From Escherichia coli (GTDB taxonomy: Bacteria; Pseudomonadota; Gammaproteobacteria; Enterobacterales; Enterobacteriaceae): DNA of 64,000 nucleotides. The stretch is taken from the NCBI RefSeq assembly GCF_016026235.1, contig NZ_CP065613.1; one strand, 5' to 3'. The position numbers and the translations under genes are program-made. Below are positions 50,823-62,029 of the stretch, piece after piece. The notes below the pieces were generated by a model. The model searched no databases. It worked only from the letters and a program-made list of their open reading frames with translations, and was not told the origin of the DNA. Position 1 is the first letter of the stretch; every line of letters begins with the position of its first letter.

Positions 50823-52313
50823 ATGAAATTGCACCATAGAATGCTCCGGCATTTTATCGCCGCAAGTGTCATTGTGCTGACATCTTCCTTCCTTATTTTT
50901 GAACTTGTCGCCAGCGACAGAGCAATGAGTGCCTATCTGCGCTATATCGTGCAGAAAGCAGACTCCTCCTTTCTTTATGATAAGTATCAGAATCAGAGTA
51001 TTGCCGCGCATGTGATGCGCGCTCTCGCTGCTGAGCAGTCGGAAGTGTCGCCAGAACAGCGGCGCGCCATCTGCGAGGCTTTTGAGTCTGCCAATAATAC
51101 CCATGGCTTAAACCTGACTGCCCATAAATACCCGGGCTTACGCGGCACACTACAAACCGCATCCACTGACTGCGACACAATTGTGGAAGCTGCAGCACTA
51201 TTACCCGCTTTTGATCAGGCAGTGGAAGGCAACCGCCACCAGGATGATTACGGTTCAGGTCTTGGGATGGCCGAAGAGAAATTTCACTATTATCTCGATC
51301 TCAATGACCGCTATGTCTATTTTTATGAGCCGGTTAATGTTGAATACTTTGCGATGAATAACTGGTCCTTCCTGCAGTCAGGAAGTATTGGCATCGATCG
51401 CAAAGATATTGAAAAGGTATTTACCGGGCGTACCGTATTGTCGAGCATTTACCAGGATCAGCGTACTAAACAGAACGTGATGAGTTTGCTGACGCCGGTG
51501 TATGTTGCAGGGCAGCTAAAAGGGATTGTGCTGCTGGATATTAACAAAAACAATCTGCGGAATATCTTTTACACTCATGACCGCCCTCTCCTCTGGCGTT
51601 TTCTCAATGTCACGCTAACCGATACAGATTCGGGGCGCGACATTATCATCAACCAGAGCGAAGATAATCTGTTCCAGTATGTCAGTTACGTCCATGACTT
51701 ACCGGGCGGCATTCGTGTCTCGTTATCCATTGATATTCTTTACTTTATCACGTCTTCGTGGAAAAGCGTTCTGTTCTGGATTTTGACGGCGTTAATTTTG
51801 CTGAATATGGTGCGGATGCACTTCCGCTTATACCAAAATGTGTCGCGAGAAAATATTAGTGATGCGATGACTGGACTGTATAATCGCAAAATTTTAACCC
51901 CTGAACTGGAGCAGCGGTTGCAGAAACTGGTGCAATCCGGTTCTTCGGTGATGTTTATTGCAATTGACATGGACAAGTTAAAGCTAATAAATGACACCCT
52001 CGGTCATCAGGAAGGGGATTTAGCGATTACGTTGTTAGCTCAGGCGATTAAACAATCGATTCGTAAAAGTGATTATGCCATCCGACTCGGTGGCGATGAA
52101 TTCTGCATCATTCTTGTCGATTCGACGCCGCAAATTGCAGCACAACTGCCTGAACGTATCGAAAAACGTCTGCAACATATCGCGCCGCAGAAAGAGATCG
52201 GCTTCTCTTCCGGTATTTACGCGATGAAAGAAAACGATACGTTACATGATGCGTATAAAGCTTCCGATGAGCGTTTATATGTCAATAAGCAGAACAAAAA
52301 CAGCCGTTCATGA
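50823..52313 (+). CDS. yeaJ: Diguanylate cyclase (sensor domain plus GGDEF)
   Basis: ORF 50643-52313; start at MKLHHRMLRHF gives 496 aa; intact RLGGDEF. Confidence 0.85.
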   Translation: MKLHHRMLRHFIAASVIVLTSSFLIFELVASDRAMSAYLRYIVQKADSSFLYDKYQNQSIAAHVMRALAAEQSEVSPEQRRAICEAFESANNTHGLNLTAHKYPGLRGTLQTASTDCDTIVEAAALLPAFDQAVEGNRHQDDYGSGLGMAEEKFHYYLDLNDRYVYFYEPVNVEYFAMNNWSFLQSGSIGIDRKDIEKVFTGRTVLSSIYQDQRTKQNVMSLLTPVYVAGQLKGIVLLDINKNNLRNIFYTHDRPLLWRFLNVTLTDTDSGRDIIINQSEDNLFQYVSYVHDLPGGIRVSLSIDILYFITSSWKSVLFWILTALILLNMVRMHFRLYQNVSRENISDAMTGLYNRKILTPELEQRLQKLVQSGSSVMFIAIDMDKLKLINDTLGHQEGDLAITLLAQAIKQSIRKSDYAIRLGGDEFCIILVDSTPQIAAQLPERIEKRLQHIAPQKEIGFSSGIYAMKENDTLHDAYKASDERLYVNKQNKNSRS

Positions 52314-52355
52314 TAACCTTCTGTGGTTGTTTGCTTGTAATCTCAGGAGCGTGAA

Positions 52356-52859
52356 ATGACTGAAATGGCTAAAGGAAGCGTGACGCATCAGCGGTTAATC
52401 GCTTTATTATCACAAGAAGGTGCTGATTTCCGCGTCGTTACCCATGAAGCGGTAGGTAAATGTGAAGCGGTGTCAGAAATTCGTGGCACCGCTCTAGGCC
52501 AGGGTGCTAAGGCACTGGTATGTAAAGTCAAAGGCAATGGCGTAAATCAACATGTTCTGGCGATCCTCGCAGCCGATCAACAGGCCGATCTGAGCCAACT
52601 CGCCAGCCATATAGGCGGATTACGCGCTTCGTTGGCCAGCCCGGCGGAAGTCGATGAACTCACAGGCTGTGTCTTCGGCGCGATCCCCCCTTTCAGCTTC
52701 CATCCAAAACTCAAACTGGTTGCCGACCCTCTACTCTTCGAACGATTTGATGAAATCGCCTTCAATGCAGGGATGCTGGATAAATCCGTTATTTTGAAAA
52801 CCGCGGATTATTTGCGCATTGCGCAACCAGAACTGATCAATTTCCGCCGCACAGCGTAA
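52356..52859 (+). CDS. yeaK: YbaK/ProX-like aminoacyl-tRNA deacylase family protein
   Basis: 167-aa ORF. Confidence 0.78.
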   Translation: MTEMAKGSVTHQRLIALLSQEGADFRVVTHEAVGKCEAVSEIRGTALGQGAKALVCKVKGNGVNQHVLAILAADQQADLSQLASHIGGLRASLASPAEVDELTGCVFGAIPPFSFHPKLKLVADPLLFERFDEIAFNAGMLDKSVILKTADYLRIAQPELINFRRTA

Positions 52860-52964
52860 CTAGCCTGTCCGTTCAATAAGCAGAACGGACAAAACCAGCA
52901 CAACCGCAATGGCAAAAAACGATGACGTGATAATCAGTGTCTCGACGAACATTTGATCGTTCAT
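52860..52964 (-). CDS. yoaI: Small hydrophobic protein (34 aa)
   Basis: Minus strand encodes [34 protein letters not shown]. Confidence 0.6.
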   Translation of the reverse strand: MNDQMFVETLIITSSFFAIAVVLVLSVLLIERTG

Positions 52965-53133
52965 AGTATGCCCCCGGGAGATAGCTGTTTTCACGTTATT
53001 GTTAGCGTGCACAAATGGCAGTTTGATGACAGTTCGCCTGATTTTTTATGCAAAAAACGTAAAGATTTTCTACTTCCTTCCTGCAGCAAGCGTAAAGTAA
53101 GCAGGCTTATTATTTTTTGGCAAGGAAACCACG

Positions 53134-53580
53134 ATGTTTGATGTCACTTTGCTGATCCTGCTCGGGTTAGCTGCGCTGGGCTTTATCAGTCATAACACCA
53201 CTGTCGCCGTTTCAATTCTGGTGTTGATCATTGTCCGCGTCACACCGTTAAGCACCTTTTTCCCGTGGATTGAAAAACAGGGGCTAAGTATCGGGATAAT
53301 CATTCTGACGATTGGCGTTATGGCCCCCATCGCCAGCGGGACGCTACCGCCCTCAACCTTGATTCACTCGTTTCTGAACTGGAAATCGCTGGTGGCAATT
53401 GCAGTAGGCGTTATTGTCTCCTGGCTGGGTGGGCGCGGCGTGACGTTAATGGGCAGCCAGCCGCAACTGGTTGCTGGGCTGCTGGTGGGCACTGTTTTAG
53501 GCGTAGCGCTGTTTCGCGGCGTACCGGTTGGCCCGCTTATTGCCGCGGGTCTGGTTTCGCTGATTGTGGGGAAACAGTAG
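53134..53580 (+). CDS. yeaL: UPF0756 inner membrane protein
   Basis: 148-aa hydrophobic ORF. Confidence 0.8.
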
Positions 53581-54358
53581 TTAATCCCGCAATATATCGG
53601 CCTGGCGTTTGCCCCAGGCCTTTCTTAAACATAGTAATAAAGGCCGTTGTTGAATCATACCCCAGCGTATGAGCAACTTTCTGTACAGTATCGCCTTTCA
53701 CTAATCCCTGAAGCGCCATAATCAGCTGTAACTGCTGTCGCCACTGGCGAAAACTCAACCCCGTCTCTTTTACTATCAGTCGGGCAAGATTGCGTTCACT
53801 CATCGCAAAAAAGCCAGCCCATTGCCCCAATGACCCCCACTCGACGGGCTCTTTCGCCATCATCTCCACCATCGCGCGGATTTTAGGATGAGAAGAAACG
53901 GGTAGGTGCAGCTGTTGTTGTGGCTGCTGAGGGAGTTCATCAAACAGGACCTGAATTAATCTGCGGGTCATCGGCTCAGCACGCTGAGTCGTCGTCCTGT
54001 TTGCCAGAGTTAAAATTAATTCCCGGCATAAGGGCGATATTTTCAATGTGCAACAGGTTGTCGGCATTGTCACTGCGCTGGGTTCGATAAACAGAAAACA
54101 GAGTTCAGCGTTAGCTGTCACTTGATTGCTATGTTCCACCCCGCCCGGTATCCAAACCGCATATTGCGGCGGCACCATCCACAAAGCATTTTCCACCGTA
54201 CAGGTAATTGCACCATGTAATGCTAGTATCAGCTGTCCTTTGCGGTGCTGATGTACAGGACTGGTTAACTCATCCGTTCCGGCGTGAATACAAAATGCGA
54301 CCGCGGCTTCATGGTGTCGGTCGGGTTCATAGCCATTGAGATTCAACCTGTGCATCAT
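53537..54358 (-). CDS. yeaM: AraC-family transcriptional regulator
   Basis: 273-aa ORF with N-terminal cupin-like region and C-terminal AraC HTH; overlaps yeaL convergently by 44 bp. Confidence 0.82.
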
Positions 54359-54454
54359 TTTGTCCGAATTTAGCGATAATTTGTCATTTTAGCTTGATTC
54401 AACATAACAATAAAAACGGTAAGGTACAGCCTCGTTTGTAACAATGAGAAGCAT

Positions 54455-55636
54455 ATGACCTGTTCAACTTCATTAAGCGGCAAAAACAGGATTGTCCTTA
54501 TCGCTGGCATTCTGATGATTGCCACAACATTACGCGTCACCTTTACCGGCGCAGCGCCGTTACTGGATACGATTCGTTCCGCTTACTCGCTGACGACAGC
54601 GCAAACCGGCTTATTAACCACCCTGCCATTATTGGCCTTTGCGCTAATCTCACCTTTGGCTGCCCCGGTGGCGCGACGTTTTGGTATGGAACGTAGCCTG
54701 TTTGCCGCGTTACTTTTGATCTGTGCAGGTATCGCAATTCGTTCTCTCCCTTCGCCTTACTTATTATTTGGCGGTACAGCGGTCATTGGCGGTGGGATTG
54801 CATTAGGCAATGTCTTACTGCCAGGATTAATTAAACGCGATTTCCCTCATTCCGTCGCCAGACTTACCGGCGCATATTCCCTGACAATGGGAGCTGCAGC
54901 GGCACTGGGATCGGCTATGGTCGTGCCGCTGGCTTTGAACGGTTTTGGCTGGCAAGGCGCGTTGTTCATGCTGATGTGTTTTCCTCTGCTGTCTCTTTTT
55001 TTATGGCTGCCACAGTGGCGAAGCCAACAACATGCAAATTTGAGTACCTCGCGCGCCTTACATACTCGGGGTATCTGGCGTTCGCCGCTTGCCTGGCAGG
55101 TCACATTGTTTCTTGGGATCAACTCACTGGTCTATTACGTGATTATTGGCTGGCTTCCGGCGATCCTCATCAGTCACGGCTATAGCGAAGCACAGGCGGG
55201 TTCACTGCATGGTTTGCTGCAACTAGCCACAGCAGCTCCCGGTTTGCTGATCCCTCTTTTCTTACATCATGTGAAAGATCAGCGTGGTATTGCAGCGTTC
55301 GTTGCCTTGATGTGCGCAGTGGGCGCTGTTGGGCTCTGCTTTATGCCAGCGCACGCGATCACCTGGACTCTGCTTTTCGGTTTTGGTTCCGGCGCAACAA
55401 TGATACTGGGGTTGACGTTCATTGGTCTTCGGGCAAGTTCTGCGCATCAGGCGGCGGCACTCTCGGGGATGGCACAATCCGTCGGGTATTTGCTGGCAGC
55501 CTGTGGGCCGCCGCTGATGGGTAAAATACACGATGCTAACGGTGACTGGTCCGTACCACTGATGGGTGTTGCAATACTTTCACTACTGATGGCGATTTTC
55601 GGACTTTGCGCCGGGAGAGACAAAGAAATTCGCTAA
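54455..55636 (+). CDS. yeaN: MFS transporter
   Basis: 393-aa hydrophobic ORF. Confidence 0.82.
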   Translation: MTCSTSLSGKNRIVLIAGILMIATTLRVTFTGAAPLLDTIRSAYSLTTAQTGLLTTLPLLAFALISPLAAPVARRFGMERSLFAALLLICAGIAIRSLPSPYLLFGGTAVIGGGIALGNVLLPGLIKRDFPHSVARLTGAYSLTMGAAAALGSAMVVPLALNGFGWQGALFMLMCFPLLSLFLWLPQWRSQQHANLSTSRALHTRGIWRSPLAWQVTLFLGINSLVYYVIIGWLPAILISHGYSEAQAGSLHGLLQLATAAPGLLIPLFLHHVKDQRGIAAFVALMCAVGAVGLCFMPAHAITWTLLFGFGSGATMILGLTFIGLRASSAHQAAALSGMAQSVGYLLAACGPPLMGKIHDANGDWSVPLMGVAILSLLMAIFGLCAGRDKEIR

Positions 55637-55690
55637 TATCCGGTGCTATAGTGACGTGACAAATCATGCGTGAAAGGGAGAACAAACACG

Positions 55691-56038
55691 ATGAATATTC
55701 AGTGCAAACGCGTTTATGATCCGGCTGAACAGAGCGATGGTTATCGCGTACTGGTCGACCGCCTCTGGCCGCGCGGTATCAAAAAAACCGATTTAGCCCT
55801 TGATGAGTGGGATAAAGAAATCACGCCGTCAACGGAACTGCGCAAAGCCTTTCACGGCGAAGTCGTCGATTTTGCAACCTTTCGCGAGCAATATCTTGCA
55901 GAACTGGCGCAACACGAGCAAGAAGGAAAGCGGCTGGCGGACATCGCCAAAAAACAGCCGCTGACCCTGCTCTACGCAGCAAAAAACACCACGCAGAACC
56001 ATGCGCTGGTGCTGGCCGACTGGCTACGTAGCTTGTGA
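55691..56038 (+). CDS. yeaO: DUF488 protein
   Basis: ORF 55670-56038; start at MNIQCKRVYD gives 115 aa. Confidence 0.78.
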   Translation: MNIQCKRVYDPAEQSDGYRVLVDRLWPRGIKKTDLALDEWDKEITPSTELRKAFHGEVVDFATFREQYLAELAQHEQEGKRLADIAKKQPLTLLYAAKNTTQNHALVLADWLRSL

Positions 56039-56059
56039 TTTTAGTACAGCATCCGGCGG

Positions 56060-56314
56060 TTATTTTTCACCAGCCGGATGGTCCCGTCGCCACAATGCCC
56101 ATTCATCAATCGTTTCACCGCCCGGTAATTTGCAATTGTTGCTGACCCCTTGCGCTGTCGACACTGGAATGAGCGTCCCGCCCTTCTGCTGGCAATAGAC
56201 CGACGCCGGATTTGCCATACCAATCTGCGGCGGTTTAGGTGCTTCTGGCTGAGAAGAGGTTGAACAACCAGCCAGGACCAGCAAGCAAGGCAAAGCAAAA
56301 CTGATAATTTTCAT
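56060..56314 (-). CDS. yoaF: DUF333 lipoprotein
   Basis: 84-aa ORF with lipobox LAGC. Confidence 0.78.
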   Translation of the reverse strand: MKIISFALPCLLVLAGCSTSSQPEAPKPPQIGMANPASVYCQQKGGTLIPVSTAQGVSNNCKLPGGETIDEWALWRRDHPAGEK

Positions 56315-56496
56315 TTATTGATCTCACTCATTTATCTACGCTTAGAGTATCGCGGTATCGTTTTGTTTTGCAGCACTATTTTTATTACATTCACTCAAAA
56401 CATATTACGTCTTGTTTCATCTTTGTTGGTGATGTTTTATCATGCCTGCAAAGATTAAATAATCAGCATTTACCCGCCGTATCCTGGAGTTGTTTC

Positions 56497-57522
56497 GTGT
56501 CAGATCAGATTATCGCCCGCGTCTCGCAATCCCTTGCCAAAGAACAGTCACTGGAAAGTCTGGTCCGACAGCTTCTGGAGATGCTGGAAATGGTCACTGA
56601 TATGGAATCAACCTACCTGACCAAAGTGGATGTCGAAGCGCGCCTGCAGCATATTATGTTTGCCCGTAACAGCCAGAAAATGCACATCCCGGAGAATTTT
56701 ACCGTCTCGTGGGATTACTCGTTATGCAAACGCGCCATTGATGAAAACTGCTTTTTCAGCGATGAAGTCCCTGACCGTTGGGGCGACTGTATTGCGGCAC
56801 GCAATCTTGGCATCACCACATTTCTGAGCACGCCAATTCACTTACCGGATGGATCATTCTATGGCACGCTTTGCGCCGCCAGCAGTGAGAAGCGCCAGTG
56901 GAGTGAACGCGCGGAACAGGTTTTACAGTTATTCGCCGGACTGATTGCACAATATATTCAAAAAGAGGCGTTGGTTGAACAGCTGCGCGAAGCCAATGCC
57001 GCGCTGATTGCGCAATCGTATACCGACTCGTTAACCGGGCTACCGAATCGGCGGGCGATTTTTGAAAATCTGACAACACTGTTTTCCCTCGCCCAGCATC
57101 TTAACCATAAGATAATGATCGCGTTTATCGATCTGGATAACTTCAAATTAATCAATGATCGTTTTGGTCATAATAGTGGCGATCTGTTTCTCATTCAGGT
57201 TGGCGAGCGCCTTAATACGCTCCAGCAAAATGGCGAAGTTATTGGTCGTCTCGGTGGTGATGAGTTTTTGGTTGTTTCACTAAACAACGAGAATGCGGAT
57301 ATTTCGTCGCTGCGAGAACGTATTCAACAGCAAATACGTGGAGAATATCACTTAGGTGATGTTGATTTGTATTATCCCGGTGCCAGTCTTGGCATAGTAG
57401 AAGTCGATCCTGAAACGACCGATGCAGACAGTGCCCTGCATGCTGCCGATATCGCGATGTATCAGGAGAAAAAACACAAACAGAAAACACCTTTTGTCGC
57501 GCATCCAGCGCTACATTCCTGA
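56497..57522 (+). CDS. yeaP: Diguanylate cyclase (GAF plus GGDEF)
   Basis: GTG start at 56497 (MSDQIIARVSQ) gives 341 aa; intact RLGGDEF. Confidence 0.82.
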   Translation: MSDQIIARVSQSLAKEQSLESLVRQLLEMLEMVTDMESTYLTKVDVEARLQHIMFARNSQKMHIPENFTVSWDYSLCKRAIDENCFFSDEVPDRWGDCIAARNLGITTFLSTPIHLPDGSFYGTLCAASSEKRQWSERAEQVLQLFAGLIAQYIQKEALVEQLREANAALIAQSYTDSLTGLPNRRAIFENLTTLFSLAQHLNHKIMIAFIDLDNFKLINDRFGHNSGDLFLIQVGERLNTLQQNGEVIGRLGGDEFLVVSLNNENADISSLRERIQQQIRGEYHLGDVDLYYPGASLGIVEVDPETTDADSALHAADIAMYQEKKHKQKTPFVAHPALHS

Positions 57523-57554
57523 GGCGTATTCACATCCTTTTGATTGGTGATAAC

Positions 57555-57653
57555 ATGCGAATCGGTATTATTTTTCCGGTTGTAATCTTCATTACAGCGG
57601 TCGTATTTTTAGCATGGTTTTTTATTGGCGGCTATGCTGCCCCGGGAGCATAA
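57555..57653 (+). CDS. yoaK: Small membrane protein (32 aa)
   Basis: Encodes MRIGIIFPVVIFITAVVFLAWFFIGGYAAPGA; stop 2 bp before yoaJ. Confidence 0.6.
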   Translation: MRIGIIFPVVIFITAVVFLAWFFIGGYAAPGA

Positions 57654-57655
57654 AG

Positions 57656-57730
57656 ATGAAAAAAACAACGATTATTATGATGGGTGTGGCGATTATTGTC
57701 GTACTCGGCACTGAGCTGGGATGGTGGTAA
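57656..57730 (+). CDS. yoaJ: Small membrane protein (24 aa)
   Basis: Encodes MKKTTIIMMGVAIIVVLGTELGWW. Confidence 0.6.
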   Translation: MKKTTIIMMGVAIIVVLGTELGWW

Positions 57731-57788
57731 CGTCACCTCTAAAAAATAGCAAAGGCTGCCTGTGTGCAGCCTTTGTGCAATTTAAGCG

Positions 57789-58037
57789 TTAACTTTTAAT
57801 CTTCCTGTAGATAAATAGCACGACAATCGCACCAATAACGGCAACCACGAAGCTGCCAAAATTGAAGCCATCGACTTTACCAAAGCCAAACAGCGTGCTG
57901 ATCCAACCGCCGACTACGGCACCGACTATCCCCAGCAGGATAGTCATAAAGAATCCACCACCATCTTTACCTGGCATGATCCACTTCGCCAGAATACCGG
58001 CAATAAGCCCAAAAATAATCCATGACAGAATGCCCAT
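57789..58037 (-). CDS. yeaQ: GlsB/YeaQ/YmgE-family small membrane protein
   Basis: 82-aa ORF with glycine-rich TM helices. Confidence 0.85.
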   Translation of the reverse strand: MGILSWIIFGLIAGILAKWIMPGKDGGGFFMTILLGIVGAVVGGWISTLFGFGKVDGFNFGSFVVAVIGAIVVLFIYRKIKS

Positions 58038-58184
58038 TGTTTCCTCACTTATCTGTTTTGCATTAGCGGGTTAGTCGCTGATAAAAAGCATAGCACAACA
58101 TCGGGAGGGCAAGATTTGTGACGAGCATCACGGAGGATTTTTTTGCGATGGCGCAGAAATTACGCCATCAACGATCAGTGATAA

Positions 58185-58367
58185 TTACCAACCACAAACA
58201 TCATGTTCGTTTTCCGTGTCATAAGAACGCACGGTATTCACCAGATCTTTTATCACTTCAGCCGCCACTTCTGGCACCAGCAAAGTCATCGGCGTCTCTG
58301 TTTCATAATCGACAGAAACGCCATTGCTGTTATTGGTGACGGTCACGGTATACGTTGCTTTACCCAT
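58185..58367 (-). CDS. yoaG: DUF1869 small protein
   Basis: 60-aa ORF MGKATYTVTVTNNSNGVSVDYETETPM... Confidence 0.7.
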   Translation of the reverse strand: MGKATYTVTVTNNSNGVSVDYETETPMTLLVPEVAAEVIKDLVNTVRSYDTENEHDVCGW

Positions 58368-58370
58368 GAT

Positions 58371-58730
58371 TCATTTCCCGTTATGAATGACTTTCCGTTG
58401 TTGCGCACCTTCCATCAGGACTTCAGGAGCCACGAAGAAGTCAATGTTGAAATAAGTATCGTCAGTCATGGCTTCAATGTTGTGCCACTTTTCTGGAGGG
58501 AACACCGCAAACTGCCCCGCTTCGATAAGGATCACCTGATCAGGCTCTGCACTGTGTTCATCAGCGTAGCCGAGATATTTGACCGCCCCATGCATAACGG
58601 AAAGGCGTGGGTAAACCCCCGGGCGCGTTCCTTTATCAAGATGACGTTCGAATATTCCGGCAGGCGCAGTTTGTTTATTCCAGAAAGGTGTTGAGCGCGT
58701 ATGAATATAATTCTGTGGGATTTGCAGCAT
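58371..58730 (-). CDS. yeaR: DUF1971 protein
   Basis: 119-aa ORF immediately upstream of yoaG (3-bp gap). Confidence 0.78.
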   Translation of the reverse strand: MLQIPQNYIHTRSTPFWNKQTAPAGIFERHLDKGTRPGVYPRLSVMHGAVKYLGYADEHSAEPDQVILIEAGQFAVFPPEKWHNIEAMTDDTYFNIDFFVAPEVLMEGAQQRKVIHNGK

Positions 58731-58902
58731 CCTTTTCCCTCCTTCGGTGAATGCGCTGAAAACGGTTTATTCCAGCCGTTTCAGGGTACGCCTGATAATT
58801 TGCATTTTAAATACCATTTATTGGTTACTTTTTAGCACCATATCAGAGAAGAATCAGGGAGGATTATAGATGGGAAGCCCGCGACAACGCGGGCTGAAAG
58901 CA

Positions 58903-59610
<708 letters not shown>

Positions 59611-59667
59611 TTAGAAAGGTGAAAATCAGGTTTTAATCTGATATCAACCCGATAATTGAATCATGAA

Positions 59668-60591
59668 TCAGGCATGTTCCAGTGAAAAATTCGGGTAGTG
59701 CTCGGCAAAATACTGGCGTAAAAATTCTACCGTTATCCGCACTTTCGCTGACGTCGCCAGCCTTGAAACATAAACGGCCCAGACGTTCGCTGGCTGGTAA
59801 TATTCCGGTAGCACTTGCACTAAATGACCACTGGCAATGTTTTCGCTAACATCCCACCAGGAACGCAGAGCAATCCCCTGCCCATCGAGACACCACTGAT
59901 GGACAATTTCTCCATGATTAGACGACAGTGGGCCGGTGACTTTAATCGCATGGTGGCCTTCTTTATTGCGTAATTGCCAGACACCAAAAGGATGATCGCG
60001 CTCTTTAATGACCAGGCACGGCAATGCAGAAAGATCGGTTAAATGTTTCGGCGCGCCATGTTGCGCAATAAATTCCGGCGACGCGCAGAGAATGCGGTAA
60101 TTGGTCGCCAGTTTGCGGGCGATTAAATTAGGGGCAATGTCATCGCCAATGCGAATATCGAGATCGACACCTTCATTGACCAAATCGACCAGCCGGTCTT
60201 CCACATCAAAACGTAATTCCAGTTGCGGATACGCCTTCGCCAGCGCTGATAACGCCGGAGCCACCACCTGTCGTCCAAAACCAAAGCTGCTGATAATACG
60301 CAGCATCCCCTGTGGCACCTGACGCACGTCAGAAAGTTCGTCCATCATCTGACCGACATCCTGCAAAATCCGCTGCGCCCATTCATAAATCCGCTCTCCT
60401 TCTTCGGTAATGGTGACGCGGCGGGTGGTGCGGTGTAACAACACCACGTTTAGCGTTTGCTCCAGCAAGGCGATGCGCTTGCTGACGAACGCCGGTGAAA
60501 CGCCCAGTTCTTCCGCCACGGCGGCAAAACCAGCCCGGCGAGCCACCAGCATAAAGACGCGCAAATCATTCAGCAGCGGTAAATTATTCAT
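59668..60591 (-). CDS. dmlR: LysR-family transcriptional regulator of dmlA
   Basis: ORF 59668-60612; start at MNNLPLLNDLRVF gives 307 aa; divergent from dmlA. Confidence 0.82.
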   Translation of the reverse strand: MNNLPLLNDLRVFMLVARRAGFAAVAEELGVSPAFVSKRIALLEQTLNVVLLHRTTRRVTITEEGERIYEWAQRILQDVGQMMDELSDVRQVPQGMLRIISSFGFGRQVVAPALSALAKAYPQLELRFDVEDRLVDLVNEGVDLDIRIGDDIAPNLIARKLATNYRILCASPEFIAQHGAPKHLTDLSALPCLVIKERDHPFGVWQLRNKEGHHAIKVTGPLSSNHGEIVHQWCLDGQGIALRSWWDVSENIASGHLVQVLPEYYQPANVWAVYVSRLATSAKVRITVEFLRQYFAEHYPNFSLEHA

Positions 60592-60693
60592 GATTCGTGT
60601 TTTATGTTTCACCAGTTACGGGGATTAATTCCTTTTCAGTCAATTATAGGATGGTGATGTTGTCAATTTTGATGGTCAGGAAGTGAGAACCCA

Positions 60694-61779
60694 ATGATGA
60701 AAACGATGCGTATTGCTGCGATCCCGGGAGACGGGATTGGCAAAGAAGTCCTTCCTGAAGGGATTCGCGTGTTACAGGCTGCCGCTGAGCGCTGGGGCTT
60801 CGCCTTGAGTTTTGAGCAAATGGAGTGGGCGAGCTGCGAGTATTACAGCCATCACGGTAAAATGATGCCGGACGACTGGCATGAGCAACTTAGCCGTTTC
60901 GACGCCATCTATTTTGGTGCCGTCGGCTGGCCGGACACCGTTCCGGACCATATTTCGTTGTGGGGTTCGCTGCTGAAATTTCGTCGTGAATTCGACCAGT
61001 ACGTCAACCTGCGCCCGGTTCGTCTCTTTCCTGGCGTTCCCTGCCCGCTGGCGGGAAAACAGCCTGGCGACATCGATTTTTACGTGGTCAGGGAAAACAC
61101 CGAAGGCGAATATTCCTCGCTCGGCGGTAGAGTGAATGAAGGTACAGAGCATGAAGTCGTCATTCAGGAATCGGTATTTACGCGTCGTGGTGTCGATCGC
61201 ATTTTGCGTTATGCCTTCGAACTTGCGCAAAGCCGCCCACGTAAGACGCTAACTTCTGCCACTAAATCAAACGGTTTAGCCATCAGCATGCCGTACTGGG
61301 ATGAGCGAGTGGAAGCAATGGCCGAGAATTACCCGGAGATCCGCTGGGACAAGCAGCATATTGATATTCTCTGCGCGCGTTTTGTGATGCAGCCGGAACG
61401 CTTCGATGTGGTGGTGGCCTCCAATTTGTTTGGCGATATCCTTTCCGATCTTGGCCCAGCCTGCACCGGCACCATTGGCATTGCCCCATCCGCCAACCTG
61501 AATCCGGAACGCACTTTCCCGTCGCTCTTCGAGCCTGTCCACGGTTCCGCGCCGGATATCTACGGGAAAAATATTGCTAACCCTATCGCCACAATTTGGG
61601 CCGGTGCAATGATGCTCGATTTTCTCGGCAATGGTGATGAGCGTTTCCAGCAAGCGCATAACGGTATTCTGGCAGCGATTGAAGAAGTGATTGCTCACGG
61701 GCCGAAAACACCGGATATGGAAGGCAGTGCCACCACGCCACAGGTTGCCGACGCGATTTGCAAAATTATTTTGCGTTAA
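60694..61779 (+). CDS. dmlA: D-malate / 3-isopropylmalate dehydrogenase (decarboxylating)
   Basis: 361-aa ORF, isocitrate/isopropylmalate dehydrogenase family. Confidence 0.88.
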   Translation: MMKTMRIAAIPGDGIGKEVLPEGIRVLQAAAERWGFALSFEQMEWASCEYYSHHGKMMPDDWHEQLSRFDAIYFGAVGWPDTVPDHISLWGSLLKFRREFDQYVNLRPVRLFPGVPCPLAGKQPGDIDFYVVRENTEGEYSSLGGRVNEGTEHEVVIQESVFTRRGVDRILRYAFELAQSRPRKTLTSATKSNGLAISMPYWDERVEAMAENYPEIRWDKQHIDILCARFVMQPERFDVVVASNLFGDILSDLGPACTGTIGIAPSANLNPERTFPSLFEPVHGSAPDIYGKNIANPIATIWAGAMMLDFLGNGDERFQQAHNGILAAIEEVIAHGPKTPDMEGSATTPQVADAICKIILR

Positions 61780-61797
61780 GGTCAAACCAGTTTATTT

Positions 61798-61827
61798 GAA
61801 CCGCGTCACTGACGCGGTTTTTTTATT
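61798..61827 (+). terminator. dmlA intrinsic terminator
   Basis: aaccgcgtcactgacgcggtt stem followed by T7. Confidence 0.8.
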
Positions 61828-62029
61828 CGTTCTTTGCAGTTAATAACCTGCGTCATTTCACCTTTTATTGTTTCCGTTTCGTGTTTTATGGCTTTCCGTA
61901 TTCTTAATTGTTTAATTTATGTAACATGCAAATAATCAATTTGTTAAACACAACATACAACTCATTACCCTGCAAATAATTACAACTGGCAAAAGCCAGA
62001 GACGGGCTTTTATGCCCAGGAGATGACTC

